A stretch of 64,000 bases of DNA from a virus (lineage: Duplodnaviria > Caudoviricetes). Positions 30,214 to 39,429 of this stretch are shown here, one piece after another. The translations under genes were made by a program, and so were the position numbers. The notes under the pieces are model-generated. The model searched no databases. It had not been told where the DNA came from and was given only the letters and a program-made list of their open reading frames with translations. Positions within the stretch are counted from its first letter, which is position 1. Each line of letters starts with the position of its first letter. The stretch covers positions 4,390 to 68,389 of the IMG/VR virus record IMGVR_UViG_2974622993_000001; one strand, given 5' to 3'.

Positions 30214-31248
30214 ATGGCAGACCCAGTTTGGCTGCCAGATGTATTGCGCGCAGCGGGATTACGCTGTGACGTTTGGCCTGGCGCATTCGATAATGGGCAT
30301 GGCGATTTCGGTAACATCTGGGGAATCGTTGCCCACCATACAGGTTCGAATGGTGCGGGTCCCGGTGGTATTGCTCATCATCCCGATCTAGGACTAGCGT
30401 CCCAGCTTCACCTTTCCCGTACGGGCGTATTCACCCTTTGTGGTGTGGGTATCGCTTACCATGCGGGACAGGGTAGTTGGCCTGGTCTCCCAACGAATAA
30501 TGCTAATCAATACACCATTGGAATTGAGGCAGCTAATGACGGTACTTCCGGATGGCCTGCCGCACAATACGATGCGTATGTGCGTGGTTGCGCTGCAATC
30601 CTAAAGCGATTGGGGCACAACAGCTCTCGTGTCATTGGACACAAAGAGTGGGGGGCCATCCAAGGCAAGTGGGACCCGGGGGGCATTGACATGAAGCGTT
30701 TCCGGAATGATGTTGCCGCTGCAATGAATTCGAAGCCTGCTCCTGTTGTCAACCTGATTGACCAGGAGGCTTATGAGGCACGAGCGTGGATCGGCAAGCG
30801 AATTACCAAGGGCGAGAACAAGTGTCCTGATGGTAAGGGTCGTTGGGCTGAATTCGAAAACGCTCACATCTATTGGCATCCGAATACGGGCGCTCACGCT
30901 ATCCCTCACGCTGATCCAAATATCCCCGGCTCCGGTCTCTTTGAGACTTGGGGTAAGGATTACGGTTGGGAGACAGGCGTTCTCGGATACCCCGTTCGTG
31001 ACTTCGCTGTCCTCAAAGATGGTGCAGTCCAAGCATTCTCAGGTGGGGTCCTCTACCGAAAGAATGGATCGGCCAAGGGTTACTTCGTTAAGGGAGTAAT
31101 CGGAAAACGTTGGGCCGATGAGAAATACGAGGAAGGCCCTAGCGGCTACCCCGTTTCGAATGAATACGAGCATGACAAGATTGGTCGCATTCAGGACTTC
31201 GAACACAACTCGCTGCTATGGCATCCGTCTAATGCAGTGAAACTATGA
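30214..31248 (+). CDS. endolysin (lysin A): amidase-2 domain plus LGFP repeats
   Basis: AHHTG, HAG, IGIE, GHKEW, KWDPG Zn-amidase motifs; YWHPNTGAH/LGYPV/GYPVSNE repeats. Confidence 0.9.
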   Translation: MADPVWLPDVLRAAGLRCDVWPGAFDNGHGDFGNIWGIVAHHTGSNGAGPGGIAHHPDLGLASQLHLSRTGVFTLCGVGIAYHAGQGSWPGLPTNNANQYTIGIEAANDGTSGWPAAQYDAYVRGCAAILKRLGHNSSRVIGHKEWGAIQGKWDPGGIDMKRFRNDVAAAMNSKPAPVVNLIDQEAYEARAWIGKRITKGENKCPDGKGRWAEFENAHIYWHPNTGAHAIPHADPNIPGSGLFETWGKDYGWETGVLGYPVRDFAVLKDGAVQAFSGGVLYRKNGSAKGYFVKGVIGKRWADEKYEEGPSGYPVSNEYEHDKIGRIQDFEHNSLLWHPSNAVKL

Positions 31249-31261
31249 ATGGAGAATATTA

Positions 31262-31474
31262 ATGTTTAGTACCCTATGGCTTAAGGATACAATTGAACGT
31301 GTGCTGGCAACTTTTGCAGAGGCTGCAATTCCTGCGTTCATTGGAGCCGACCTGTTCAATATCAATTACGTTGCAGCCCTTGGTCTTTCTGGTTCTGCCG
31401 CTGCCGTGGCATTCCTAAAGGCTATTGTTGCAACTCGCGTGGGCGATGAGGCCAACGCTTCGCTTGTAAAGTAA
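31262..31474 (+). CDS. holin (r1t-like)
   Basis: WLKDTIERVLATFAEA, two hydrophobic segments, follows endolysin. Confidence 0.8.
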   Translation: MFSTLWLKDTIERVLATFAEAAIPAFIGADLFNINYVAALGLSGSAAAVAFLKAIVATRVGDEANASLVK

Positions 31475-31481
31475 TTAAGAA

Positions 31482-31997
31482 ATGACTATCTGGTGGCGCT
31501 TCATCGATCATATGCGTAATGCCGTGGCGCTACGCATTCGGCTAATCTGGCCGGAACTTGCTCTGCTGCAAGCGTTTCTATTTCTTGTGGCTATCACCAG
31601 AGGTCTTGATTACATTGCAAACAAACCGTCGAACACTAGCAACGCACTCAATGTGATTGAGTCCGCATTACCTTACTGGGCTTGGGGATTAATCTATTTA
31701 CTCCCCGGCCTGGTGGGTATTTGCGGAATGCTTCAAGACGTTCTGCCTGTTAGAACGTTCGCGCATGTAATACTCATGGCAGCGTATGGCGCATTTAGTG
31801 CTGGCGTTGTCCTTGCCCTAGTTGAGAATTCATCTGCTGGTGGCATTAGAAGTGCATTTGATTGGCTTGCTTTTGCTGCTATTCATTTGGCTTTTGCTAA
31901 TGCATCATTCGATGGTTGGAAGGAAGTGAGGCGCGACAAGTGGCTGAAAGGCCAATGGGGAGAGGTGAATTCGGCGCATGAATCAGATTCCGGATAA
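31482..31997 (+). CDS. multi-pass membrane protein (lysis cassette)
   Basis: About four transmembrane segments. Confidence 0.7.
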   Translation: MTIWWRFIDHMRNAVALRIRLIWPELALLQAFLFLVAITRGLDYIANKPSNTSNALNVIESALPYWAWGLIYLLPGLVGICGMLQDVLPVRTFAHVILMAAYGAFSAGVVLALVENSSAGGIRSAFDWLAFAAIHLAFANASFDGWKEVRRDKWLKGQWGEVNSAHESDSG

Positions 31998-32367
31998 CGC
32001 TCCCAGTTGGCTAGTGCTTGCGTTCTTCATTATCATTGTTGCATATCAAGCCGGAAAGTTCCTTTCCGAAACCTCAGATTTCTTCGTGAAAGTCTTTGGC
32101 CCTGTTGGTCGCTACTGGCGTAGGGCAGGCAAGCGAAGAGAAGAAGCTCGTGCGGCAGCGCGAGGAGAAGATAGAGCCGAATTCGAAGATATGGCTCATA
32201 GGATCAAGTATCTACAGAAGCGATTAGTGGAGGTTAATTCGATTCTGGAAGAGCAAGATAACTATATCTTGTACGATACTAAATGGCACCGAGACCTACG
32301 ATTGCAGGCGGCTGAGTCCGATTGTGATCTGCCCGAACATGTTTCGTGGAAGTCTTGGAACCGTTAA
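31978..32367 (+). CDS. membrane-anchored coiled-coil protein (lysis cassette)
   Basis: N-terminal transmembrane segment then coiled coil. Confidence 0.7.
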   Translation: MNQIPDNAPSWLVLAFFIIIVAYQAGKFLSETSDFFVKVFGPVGRYWRRAGKRREEARAAARGEDRAEFEDMAHRIKYLQKRLVEVNSILEEQDNYILYDTKWHRDLRLQAAESDCDLPEHVSWKSWNR

Positions 32368-32373
32368 GGCACA

Positions 32374-32418
32374 AAGAAACCCCCCACCTGGGATCGCTCC
32401 TAGGTGGGGGGTTTTTCT
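32374..32418. terminator. bidirectional intrinsic terminator
   Basis: AAACCCCCCACCT/AGGTGGGGGGTTT 13-bp stem with flanking A and T tracts between convergent operons. Confidence 0.8.
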
Positions 32419-32422
32419 TCGT

Positions 32423-32779
32423 TTACTGAGCCGAAACCTCTTCTGTCTCAGAGGAATTCATGGCTTCCGCATATGCCTCAGCGAGTGAGGATGGAATGCG
32501 ACCAGTGGCGCGAACCTCGTAGCCGTTCTCCGCTGCCCATGCCCGAACGTCTGCCGACGTGGCACCCCCGTAAAAGGCAGTGCCACCGGTCTCAGTTCGC
32601 TTGTCCGCCTTGTCAATCCAGTTCTTGTTAGTCTTCTTGAACTTGGCGACATTCTCAGCTGACGTGTGCAGTACGTACGTCTCATTGTCGACCCGGATCG
32701 AAATGGTCTGTGCCTCATCCTCATTGAGGATGTCTCCGGTGACGTTGTCGACGAACTGCTTCACAAATCGTGCGGTCAT
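32423..32779 (-). CDS. lsr2: Lsr2-like protein (second copy)
   Basis: FVDNVTG..QTISIRVDN.TY; DVRAWAAENGYEV..TGRIP motif. Confidence 0.85.
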   Translation of the reverse strand: MTARFVKQFVDNVTGDILNEDEAQTISIRVDNETYVLHTSAENVAKFKKTNKNWIDKADKRTETGGTAFYGGATSADVRAWAAENGYEVRATGRIPSSLAEAYAEAMNSSETEEVSAQ

Positions 32780-32862
32780 TTTCTTTCCCTTTCATCTGGA
32801 ATGGTTTCTGATTGAAACCACACGAGACACGTTGGCTTACAACATGTCTCATGCTACCCCAA

Positions 32863-33234
32863 TCAGAGGTCTGTGACGCAGATGTATTGCCTTGCGGCAG
32901 TACCGAATACCTGTGCCTGTCCTGTATCCATGCCGATGAGGATCAGGTACTGCTGTGCTTCACTCACGGTCTCGTGTTCCATGATGGCACAGTAGGTTTC
33001 AGCCCATTCGAGGTATACTGCGCGGTCATGGGGACTCACGACATCCTCGTCAACGACGATAGATGAAATGAATTTGTCCTCTTGCGATTTGATCGGATCA
33101 TCCTGGTCAAATACCCCAGCACTCCATAGCACTAGGGCAGTGACCGCGACGATGGCCAGTACAACCACGAGCACAACCTTAAATGTGTTGCTACTCTTGG
33201 GTTCTACGTCAAACGTTGCATACATTTGTTCCAT
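32863..33234 (-). CDS. membrane-anchored protein
   Basis: VVLVVVLAIVAVTALVLW transmembrane segment. Confidence 0.7.
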   Translation of the reverse strand: MEQMYATFDVEPKSSNTFKVVLVVVLAIVAVTALVLWSAGVFDQDDPIKSQEDKFISSIVVDEDVVSPHDRAVYLEWAETYCAIMEHETVSEAQQYLILIGMDTGQAQVFGTAARQYICVTDL

Positions 33235-33322
33235 TGTTCTTTCCTTCTCTCAGTGTCGGTTCCGACTGAACCGTGACAAGGCACAAACCGAATTGGCTTG
33301 TGCCCCATCATGATTGTCGGAA

Positions 33323-33742
33323 TCAGTAGCGGTACAGGTCATCCCGCAGGAGGTCCCGGTCCGCCCTGTCGATTGCCTTGTCCCACACGAGGTCTGGGTA
33401 CGCCCTCGCGTATTCGTATACGGGGCAACCCCCGTCATCGTATCGGGCGATCAAGCTCGACTTGTGTCCGCCCCTGTCGGCGTTGATCTGCACTCGCATG
33501 AGCCACCACCGTGCCTCTTCGGATTCCGGGTCCCACGATCTGCGTTCGATGATTCGATCCACCGACAGGCCATCCTCCTCGATGGTGTCTGGACCAAAAC
33601 CCATGTGCGACAGCGCATGTCCCACGATGCACATCGGCTGACCCTCGTGGTCGAAGTATCTGGCTTGCCGATTCCATTGTGCGGGTTGCTCTTTCGCAAC
33701 CTCACGGACGGCGGTAGCCAATTCGATTGGGTCGATTCTCAT
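33323..33742 (-). CDS. hypothetical protein
   Basis: GAGAGAGGAAA SD; P.CIVGHAL motif. Confidence 0.7.
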   Translation of the reverse strand: MRIDPIELATAVREVAKEQPAQWNRQARYFDHEGQPMCIVGHALSHMGFGPDTIEEDGLSVDRIIERRSWDPESEEARWWLMRVQINADRGGHKSSLIARYDDGGCPVYEYARAYPDLVWDKAIDRADRDLLRDDLYRY

Positions 33743-33822
33743 TTCATTTCCTCTCTCTGTTCGGCCTGAATGACCGTGGCAAACCAACAAGCCGAAACTT
33801 GTTGGCCACCATGACTATTCAG

Positions 33823-34017
33823 TTATGCAGCGGGGTCTGGCTCCTGACCGGCCCGCTTGGTCGCCAGAGTTTCCAGCGCGTCAGCGATGCCGTGATCACC
33901 TTCGTCCCTGTATTTCCTTGCGAGAGCGTAGGTTTCAGCCGGGGTACGTTCCCGGTTCTGCAACTCACGTTCTGCCGCTTGGGTATTGAGACGCTTAATG
34001 GTGTCCAATCCGTGCAT
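33823..34017 (-). CDS. hypothetical protein
   Basis: GAGAGAGGAAAG SD before MHGLDT. Confidence 0.65.
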   Translation of the reverse strand: MHGLDTIKRLNTQAAERELQNRERTPAETYALARKYRDEGDHGIADALETLATKRAGQEPDPAA

Positions 34018-34091
34018 TGTCTTTCCTCTCTCTGTTGGTCCTAGTTGACCAGACGAAACACGTTGGGTCTCAACGTGTTCCATCCTACCTA

Positions 34092-34364
34092 CTAGGAGTT
34101 GGCTGCGGTCAGTACCCCAATCACCTTACGACGCTTGTCTTTTGCGTCAGTGCTGAGGCGACCGATGATTGCACCCGAGACGCCTTCTCGCGCATTGGCT
34201 TCCGCCACCACATTGTTTTTTGTGTAGCGCACGAAGAGGCTGGAATCCACCGGGTCCTTCTTAGTGGGGCGGAACTGAAAGAGTTGTCCCCGTTCGGTTT
34301 CCGATGCCAGTGTCCATCCTGCCTGAACCATGTTGTCCGACAGTTCAATTCGCTTGTTGCTCAT
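34092..34364 (-). CDS. hypothetical protein
   Basis: MSNKRIEL; ATGA overlap with upstream gene. Confidence 0.65.
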   Translation of the reverse strand: MSNKRIELSDNMVQAGWTLASETERGQLFQFRPTKKDPVDSSLFVRYTKNNVVAEANAREGVSGAIIGRLSTDAKDKRRKVIGVLTAANS

Positions 34365-34546
34365 GCCGCTTCTCCTGTCAGGCGTGCGCGCTCCTTGGTT
34401 GCACCTTGTCCCCGTCCGAGACGCCCATCCAACTCGCGGATTTGTTCCACATTGGATCGGTTGTCCCGCTTGGCTTTCCGAAGCGCTGCCGACTCTTGCC
34501 GACGTGTGCGCTCGGGATGGGTGCAAACCCTCTTCTGCTTTGCCAT
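34361..34546 (-). CDS. basic hypothetical protein
   Basis: Strong SD before MAKQKR; ELDGRLG.G.GA.KER.RL motif. Confidence 0.65.
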   Translation of the reverse strand: MAKQKRVCTHPERTRRQESAALRKAKRDNRSNVEQIRELDGRLGRGQGATKERARLTGEAA

Positions 34547-34633
34547 TTTCTTTCCTCTCTCTAAGTTGTTGCCTACCAACAACTTTGGCAACCCAACAGG
34601 TAATCCTGTTGGGCACCAGAACTATTGGTAGTT

Positions 34634-35035
34634 CTATTCGTAACCGCGTGTTCCCTCTTCGTTGAACTGTCCAACCTTTTGCTCGATGGTGACCCAAAAG
34701 GATATCGGCCCATCGGGTTCCGGTAGGTAGTCTGATTCGAGTCCACGTTCTTCCAGCCACTCGCATTCGTTGGCACACTGTAGGTTGAATTCATTTGCTG
34801 CCTGCTGTGTGTATTCGTCTGCGAGTTTCCGCACCCTGTCGAGTGCCGCCTTGGCATCCTCTTCGGTCAGGAATTGTTGGTACGCAACGATTTCCGTGTC
34901 GCTGCCCCACCAGCCACCCTCTTCCGGCCCCCCGTAGTAGGGAACGTTCTGATAGAGACTGACGTACCAGTTCTGTACGGAAACGCTTTCGTTGCAGACC
35001 TTTTCGAATGCGGCCTGAATGTACTTGTCGCTCAT
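34634..35035 (-). CDS. hypothetical protein
   Basis: Strong SD; YYGGPEEGGWW motif. Confidence 0.7.
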   Translation of the reverse strand: MSDKYIQAAFEKVCNESVSVQNWYVSLYQNVPYYGGPEEGGWWGSDTEIVAYQQFLTEEDAKAALDRVRKLADEYTQQAANEFNLQCANECEWLEERGLESDYLPEPDGPISFWVTIEQKVGQFNEEGTRGYE

Positions 35036-35114
35036 TATCTTTCCTCTCTCGTGGTCTGAGTTGACCATACCCAATACCGTTCTGTCACAACGATATTGGA
35101 TACTACCTACTCAG

Positions 35115-35306
35115 TCACCAGCACTGCTTTCGGCGCTGTTCAGGGGTCATCTTCCGGTACGCCGCCGATCCCACCTGAGACAGAAAGCCCGGTGAAAGTG
35201 GGTTTGGCGCAAGGGATTTGGTGAGTCGCTTACCGTGGAAGATTCCACGAGCCACGAGGTCCGATGCCATCTTGGCATTCTTCGCCCGATTTTCTGCTGC
35301 TCCCAT
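35115..35306 (-). CDS. basic hypothetical protein
   Basis: AAGGA SD; flanked by hairpins. Confidence 0.6.
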   Translation of the reverse strand: MGAAENRAKNAKMASDLVARGIFHGKRLTKSLAPNPLSPGFLSQVGSAAYRKMTPEQRRKQCW

Positions 35307-35385
35307 GATGAAATCCTTTCTCTCTTAACGCTTCTGAGTGAAGCGCAGCGTGGGCACAAACCATTTAGCTTGTGCCCCACTGTGA

Positions 35386-35739
35386 TTACTCAGTGGCCCA
35401 TGGGTTGCTGTAAAGCAACTTCTGGAGTTCTGCTGTCATCTGTGCATCGATGGCGCGAGACAGCGCTTCGAAGACCTTGGAATCCTGCCCGTAGCGTTGC
35501 GCCACAAGCAGTTTCGCTTCGGGGTCGTCGATATCGACTGCCGCACAGTCGAACACGTTGTCGTAGCTCTCGTGCGACCAGGTCATGCCCTCACGATTTG
35601 TGACGACCTTGCCGGATCGGACCGAATCCATTGGGCGAGAAGCACTTACGAACGTTGCTTCGTCTCCCCGGAAGTCAACGAGGGTGTCCCCATGGTTGAC
35701 TACGGAACCGTCCGCTTCCCGAAAGGTGATGATATGCAT
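35386..35739 (-). CDS. hypothetical protein
   Basis: Strong SD; flanked by hairpins. Confidence 0.7.
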   Translation of the reverse strand: MHIITFREADGSVVNHGDTLVDFRGDEATFVSASRPMDSVRSGKVVTNREGMTWSHESYDNVFDCAAVDIDDPEAKLLVAQRYGQDSKVFEALSRAIDAQMTAELQKLLYSNPWATE

Positions 35740-35818
35740 TGTCTTTCCTCTCTCTTGTGTAGGTCTGAATGACCTTGACTACCAAGGGCTTTTGAATTCC
35801 CTTGATAATCAGCTACAT

Positions 35819-36130
35819 TCAGCGTGCCAATTCTTCCCGGCCTTCGGCTATGCAGGCTCGTGCGTAATCCTGAACCTCCTTGGGGAGCATGGAATTCCAC
35901 GGTTCCCCGCTGGCCTTGAAAATTCGAATACCTTCTTGGACAACGGAAATGGCTTCGCGAATCATATACTTACTGGGCTTGTTGCCGCCACGGTTATTGC
36001 GCTTGCTGACCAGCCAGCGAACGTTCATGGCGTTGTTCCAAATGCGTGACACCACAACACATTCCAGACTGTCCTGGTCCATGTTGCCGATGGCAGCACT
36101 GGCGTTGTTTTCCAGTTCGTAGATGTTCAT
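35819..36130 (-). CDS. hypothetical protein
   Basis: Strong SD before MNIYEL. Confidence 0.7.
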   Translation of the reverse strand: MNIYELENNASAAIGNMDQDSLECVVVSRIWNNAMNVRWLVSKRNNRGGNKPSKYMIREAISVVQEGIRIFKASGEPWNSMLPKEVQDYARACIAEGREELAR

Positions 36131-36211
36131 TGTCTTTCCTCTCTCTAAGTGATTGAGTCCCAACCACTTTGGCAACCCCTCATTTCTGAGGGGCACCAGA
36201 ACCGTTGGGGT

Positions 36212-36460
36212 TCAGGGTATTTCAATCTGCGTCCAGTCCACCGAGATGAACTGATGCTTGAGAAAACAGATACGTTCGATCAGCGAACACTGCCGCCGAA
36301 TCAAGTCGTACGTTTCCTTTGCTCGTGAATTCCTGTTTGCGACAACGCCTTTTACGCTATCGTCGTAGGACGCTCCGGAAGCGATTTTGATTGGGTAGGT
36401 TGGATGGTAGTTGAGCCACCCGCTACGCGCTTCACGGCATTCCTCACAGAGTGCAGACAT
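36212..36460 (-). CDS. hypothetical protein (CxxC, C..H)
   Basis: Strong SD before MSALCEEC. Confidence 0.65.
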   Translation of the reverse strand: MSALCEECREARSGWLNYHPTYPIKIASGASYDDSVKGVVANRNSRAKETYDLIRRQCSLIERICFLKHQFISVDWTQIEIP

Positions 36461-36539
36461 TTTCTTTCCTCTCTCTTTGGGTCTGAATGACCTTGGAAAC
36501 CAACAGATTAATTTGAAACCTGTTGGCAACCAGCTACAT

Positions 36540-36809
36540 TCAGAGGTAGACGTACATCATCTCCACCAAGGCGTGGCCTGTTTCATCCTTGCGTCCGGTG
36601 GCTTGCTCCAATCCTTCGATGAGACTTTGAATCATCCGAACCTGTTCGCGCAGATGGTCTTTCATCGCTGGTGTGTCCTGGTCCTCTGGGTCCAGAGCAC
36701 AAATGCATTCCGATGTACGTGCCAGCAGGAAGGAAGAAACCCTATCTGCTGTCTTGGCATCGACTGTGACGCTGACGTTCGGGGTGAATTCGTCCACATA
36801 CATTGTCAT
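36540..36809 (-). CDS. hypothetical protein
   Basis: Strong SD before MTMYVDEF. Confidence 0.65.
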   Translation of the reverse strand: MTMYVDEFTPNVSVTVDAKTADRVSSFLLARTSECICALDPEDQDTPAMKDHLREQVRMIQSLIEGLEQATGRKDETGHALVEMMYVYL

Positions 36810-36884
36810 TGTTCTTTCCTCTCTCAATTGGTTCTGTGTTGAACCGTGGAAAGCCAAGGGACACAAGCCCCTTGGCCACCATGA

Positions 36885-37277
36885 CTACACAGATAGTCGA
36901 ATTTCTTTCTCCTGCTGGATATCCCAGATGGCAAGTTCGCCACGGGATTTCGCAGTTGTCATCGCTTCCGTGTACGAACGGATCACCTGCACCACATCGA
37001 AGTGCATTTGTCCGTCGTGTTCGTTCACCCAGGTACCGAAATACCTGTCGTCCCTTGCCAATTCATCGGCGTTGTCCTGGACGAAGTCGAAAGCGTCTTT
37101 CAGGATTTGGCCCCCGTCGAGGGTAACCCTGTGTGCCGGAATGACTTTGGTGTCTATGGCGAGTGCCACGATGAAACCTCCGTCTTCCCTCGTGTGCTTG
37201 CCGCTCTCGATGTGGTATGTGCTACCGCCTTCGCGGACACCATCGACAACTGCCATGATCACGTTGCTTGCAGACAT
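36885..37277 (-). CDS. hypothetical protein
   Basis: GGAGAGAAGGA SD; first gene of the leftward hairpin block. Confidence 0.7.
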   Translation of the reverse strand: MSASNVIMAVVDGVREGGSTYHIESGKHTREDGGFIVALAIDTKVIPAHRVTLDGGQILKDAFDFVQDNADELARDDRYFGTWVNEHDGQMHFDVVQVIRSYTEAMTTAKSRGELAIWDIQQEKEIRLSV

Positions 37278-37882
37278 TTGAAATTCCTTCTCTCCCTTTA
37301 GGTTCCGCCTTGAAACCACAAAGACCCCCGTACGTGACGGGGACCAATGAAGCCAAAAGGCTTGTGAGAGTGAGAGATTGAAAGGAAAGTGGGCACACTA
37401 CACATCAGCTTTACCTGTCCGGTCTCCCCCGTTGTGGTCGTGGGTTCAAATTTCCAGACGTTTCCTGACGCTTGACCATATGAGCGTAAGGGTATGTGCC
37501 CCAACAAGATTCCCGACTCTGTGGGCTTGTTGGCGCTGAAAGTGCTTGTGCCTCTTCAATTTTCAATGTTCGCGCTGCCGTCTGCGGAGGTTCCCAGCTC
37601 TGCGGGCTACACACATACGACAACCAGGAACCATTATGCCCTTTGACCTGCGGGTTTGGAAACCGGTATATCCTCCTGTGATGGGACTGTTATGGGATCG
37701 TTATGATTTGAGCTCGGTAGAAACCTGCTATGACCAGGCAAAACGCCCTAGGATCGATTCTGAGCGTGGCAACCCTAGTCCCGGCCTACTGGTGCCGGGG
37801 AACCCTAGAAGCTCAGCCTACGAGGCAGCTAGGGGGCAGCAATGGGCATTTGCGTAGGTGCAGGTAGGGCCAGTTTGGGCAT

Positions 37883-37916
37883 GAAAATACCCCGCTAGGG
37901 TATCCCAACGGGGTAT
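37883..37916 (-). terminator. intrinsic terminator
   Basis: ATACCCCG/CGGGGTAT stem with U-tract on the minus strand after gene 37924. Confidence 0.6.
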
Positions 37917-37923
37917 CTCCTGG

Positions 37924-38265
37924 TCAGCCCGGTAGGTAGGCGCTTGACTCTAGCAATCGCTTGCGCTTGCGCGCTTCGAACGAAAAGGGTTGTACCGCTT
38001 CGCCATTGTCGAACCTACCCACGAATTCAATTGCCGCCCTTGACAAGTCGTAGTAGGCATAGCTCACGTAGTTGCCGTCTGCACGTACTAGACGCTTACG
38101 CCCGACAGTAGCCCTACCCATGCCGACCGATGCCAAGGCAACGTTGCGCTTGCGACCAATGGCCAAGGCGATGGGGCAATGCTCATTCACTCTGTACTCA
38201 TGCTGCTGTTGCTCCCGCATGGCGTTTGCCTCATCGATATCCTCTTGCGTCACTTCAACTTTCAT
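37924..38265 (-). CDS. hypothetical protein
   Basis: MKVEVTQEDID..HCPIALAI. Confidence 0.65.
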   Translation of the reverse strand: MKVEVTQEDIDEANAMREQQQHEYRVNEHCPIALAIGRKRNVALASVGMGRATVGRKRLVRADGNYVSYAYYDLSRAAIEFVGRFDNGEAVQPFSFEARKRKRLLESSAYLPG

Positions 38266-38304
38266 CGACTCTCTTCCCCTTTTCCATTGCATGAGTAACG
38301 AAAG

Positions 38305-39375
38305 TCATGATGCTAGAACCTGATTCAGCAATTCCATTGCCTCCATGTCCAGCTTGTCCATCTTCCCGGTGAGAATCTGATTCATGTTTCGCTCTGCCCG
38401 AATGGTTCCCTCGTAGACAGGGGACTCATGCTGTTGGTAAGTATTGACCGCTTGCAGGACACCCAGAGCCGTTCCGGCCCAAGGGGATACACGTTCGTCA
38501 GAGGTCCACAGCTTGATGATGCTGTTGCGCTTCACATCTGCACGAGCGAGAGACCGACCGTGATCTGTGTCCGGTTCGGGGACATACAGATTCAACCAAT
38601 CGGAGAACTGCTTCTTACTCACGTCTGTCTTGGCTAGCGAATGCAGGTCTTCGGTCCAGGAGTTGGAGATGAATTCCAATCCCAGTTCAGCCCTTGCTGT
38701 TTCGAGGTCGGCAACGGAGTACTTGGAATGCTTGCGACGATAGGAACGATTGCCATTGTTCTCTGCTCGCGCCTGTCCGAATGTGTTGTCGCACACGGTA
38801 GATGTAACTGTCTCTTTGTAATTCGTAGAGAGTGTTCCATCCAATGATGTGTATGCCAAAAGGTTTGGCATGAATTCGAATCCGGTCAGATCATCCTTAA
38901 AGGTTTCGTCCATTGAAACCTCAACCCATGCTTGCCCACCATTTCGAAGTAGGCCAGCAGAAGAGATGACGATATGGTCACCGAGTAGCTGAGCCACGAA
39001 TTCCAATAGCCATTCTTTGTATGGGTGCTCCTGATACGTATCTTTGAATACGCCTAGGGTTTCCCGCGTATCCGATCGGACGATGGCGATACGCCCCGGA
39101 ATCGGAACGGTGACAACAGGTTCGCCTAAATGGTTTATCCCATTGGCTTCTTCGAATCCCTCTGCGTCATCCAGCTCGACCTCTGCAACAATGCTTGCGC
39201 GCAATGGTTCCCAATTGAATAGACGCCTTTCAACCTCTTCCATTGGAATGCCCATTGGGTAATGGTTGGATTCATCACCCTGGTCTGCTTTGCGCCAATG
39301 CCAAGCCTTTCCTCTCTTCTCTTCCAATCCGATGAGAACGTTCCGGTTCAACCATAGGCTGGACTCTTGTGACAT
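38305..39375 (-). CDS. DUF932-family (phage/plasmid-like) protein
   Basis: GKAWH, SAGLLRNGGQAW, LLAYTSLDGT, VCDNT, GTALGVLQAV motifs. Confidence 0.85.
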   Translation of the reverse strand: MSQESSLWLNRNVLIGLEEKRGKAWHWRKADQGDESNHYPMGIPMEEVERRLFNWEPLRASIVAEVELDDAEGFEEANGINHLGEPVVTVPIPGRIAIVRSDTRETLGVFKDTYQEHPYKEWLLEFVAQLLGDHIVISSAGLLRNGGQAWVEVSMDETFKDDLTGFEFMPNLLAYTSLDGTLSTNYKETVTSTVCDNTFGQARAENNGNRSYRRKHSKYSVADLETARAELGLEFISNSWTEDLHSLAKTDVSKKQFSDWLNLYVPEPDTDHGRSLARADVKRNSIIKLWTSDERVSPWAGTALGVLQAVNTYQQHESPVYEGTIRAERNMNQILTGKMDKLDMEAMELLNQVLAS

Positions 39376-39429
39376 TGCATTTCCTCTCATTGCAATTGTG
39401 GCCCTTGGTATTTCGGGCACACTCCCTGT

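Larger units (their letters stand above)
32807..37361 (-). repeat. array of 12 intergenic two-tier hairpins (32807-32867, 33260-33322, 33766-33822, 34040-34096, 34573-34631, 35056-35114, 35334-35393, 35765-35822, 36159-36209, 36483-36543, 36833-36893, 37307-37361)
   Basis: Each has an outer stem, an imperfect middle and an inner stem, and lies between a stop codon and a GAGAGAGGAAAG-type SD. Confidence 0.85.

Noticed and set aside
34092-34778. 228-aa minus-strand ORF as one gene
   Set aside because: Only the last 90 codons are credible; the upstream part crosses two other genes and a hairpin element
32807-37361. Hairpin array as a CRISPR array or a set of intrinsic terminators
   Set aside because: Units are not identical direct repeats, the intervening sequences are whole genes, no cas genes are present, and the hairpins lack U-tracts on the coding strand
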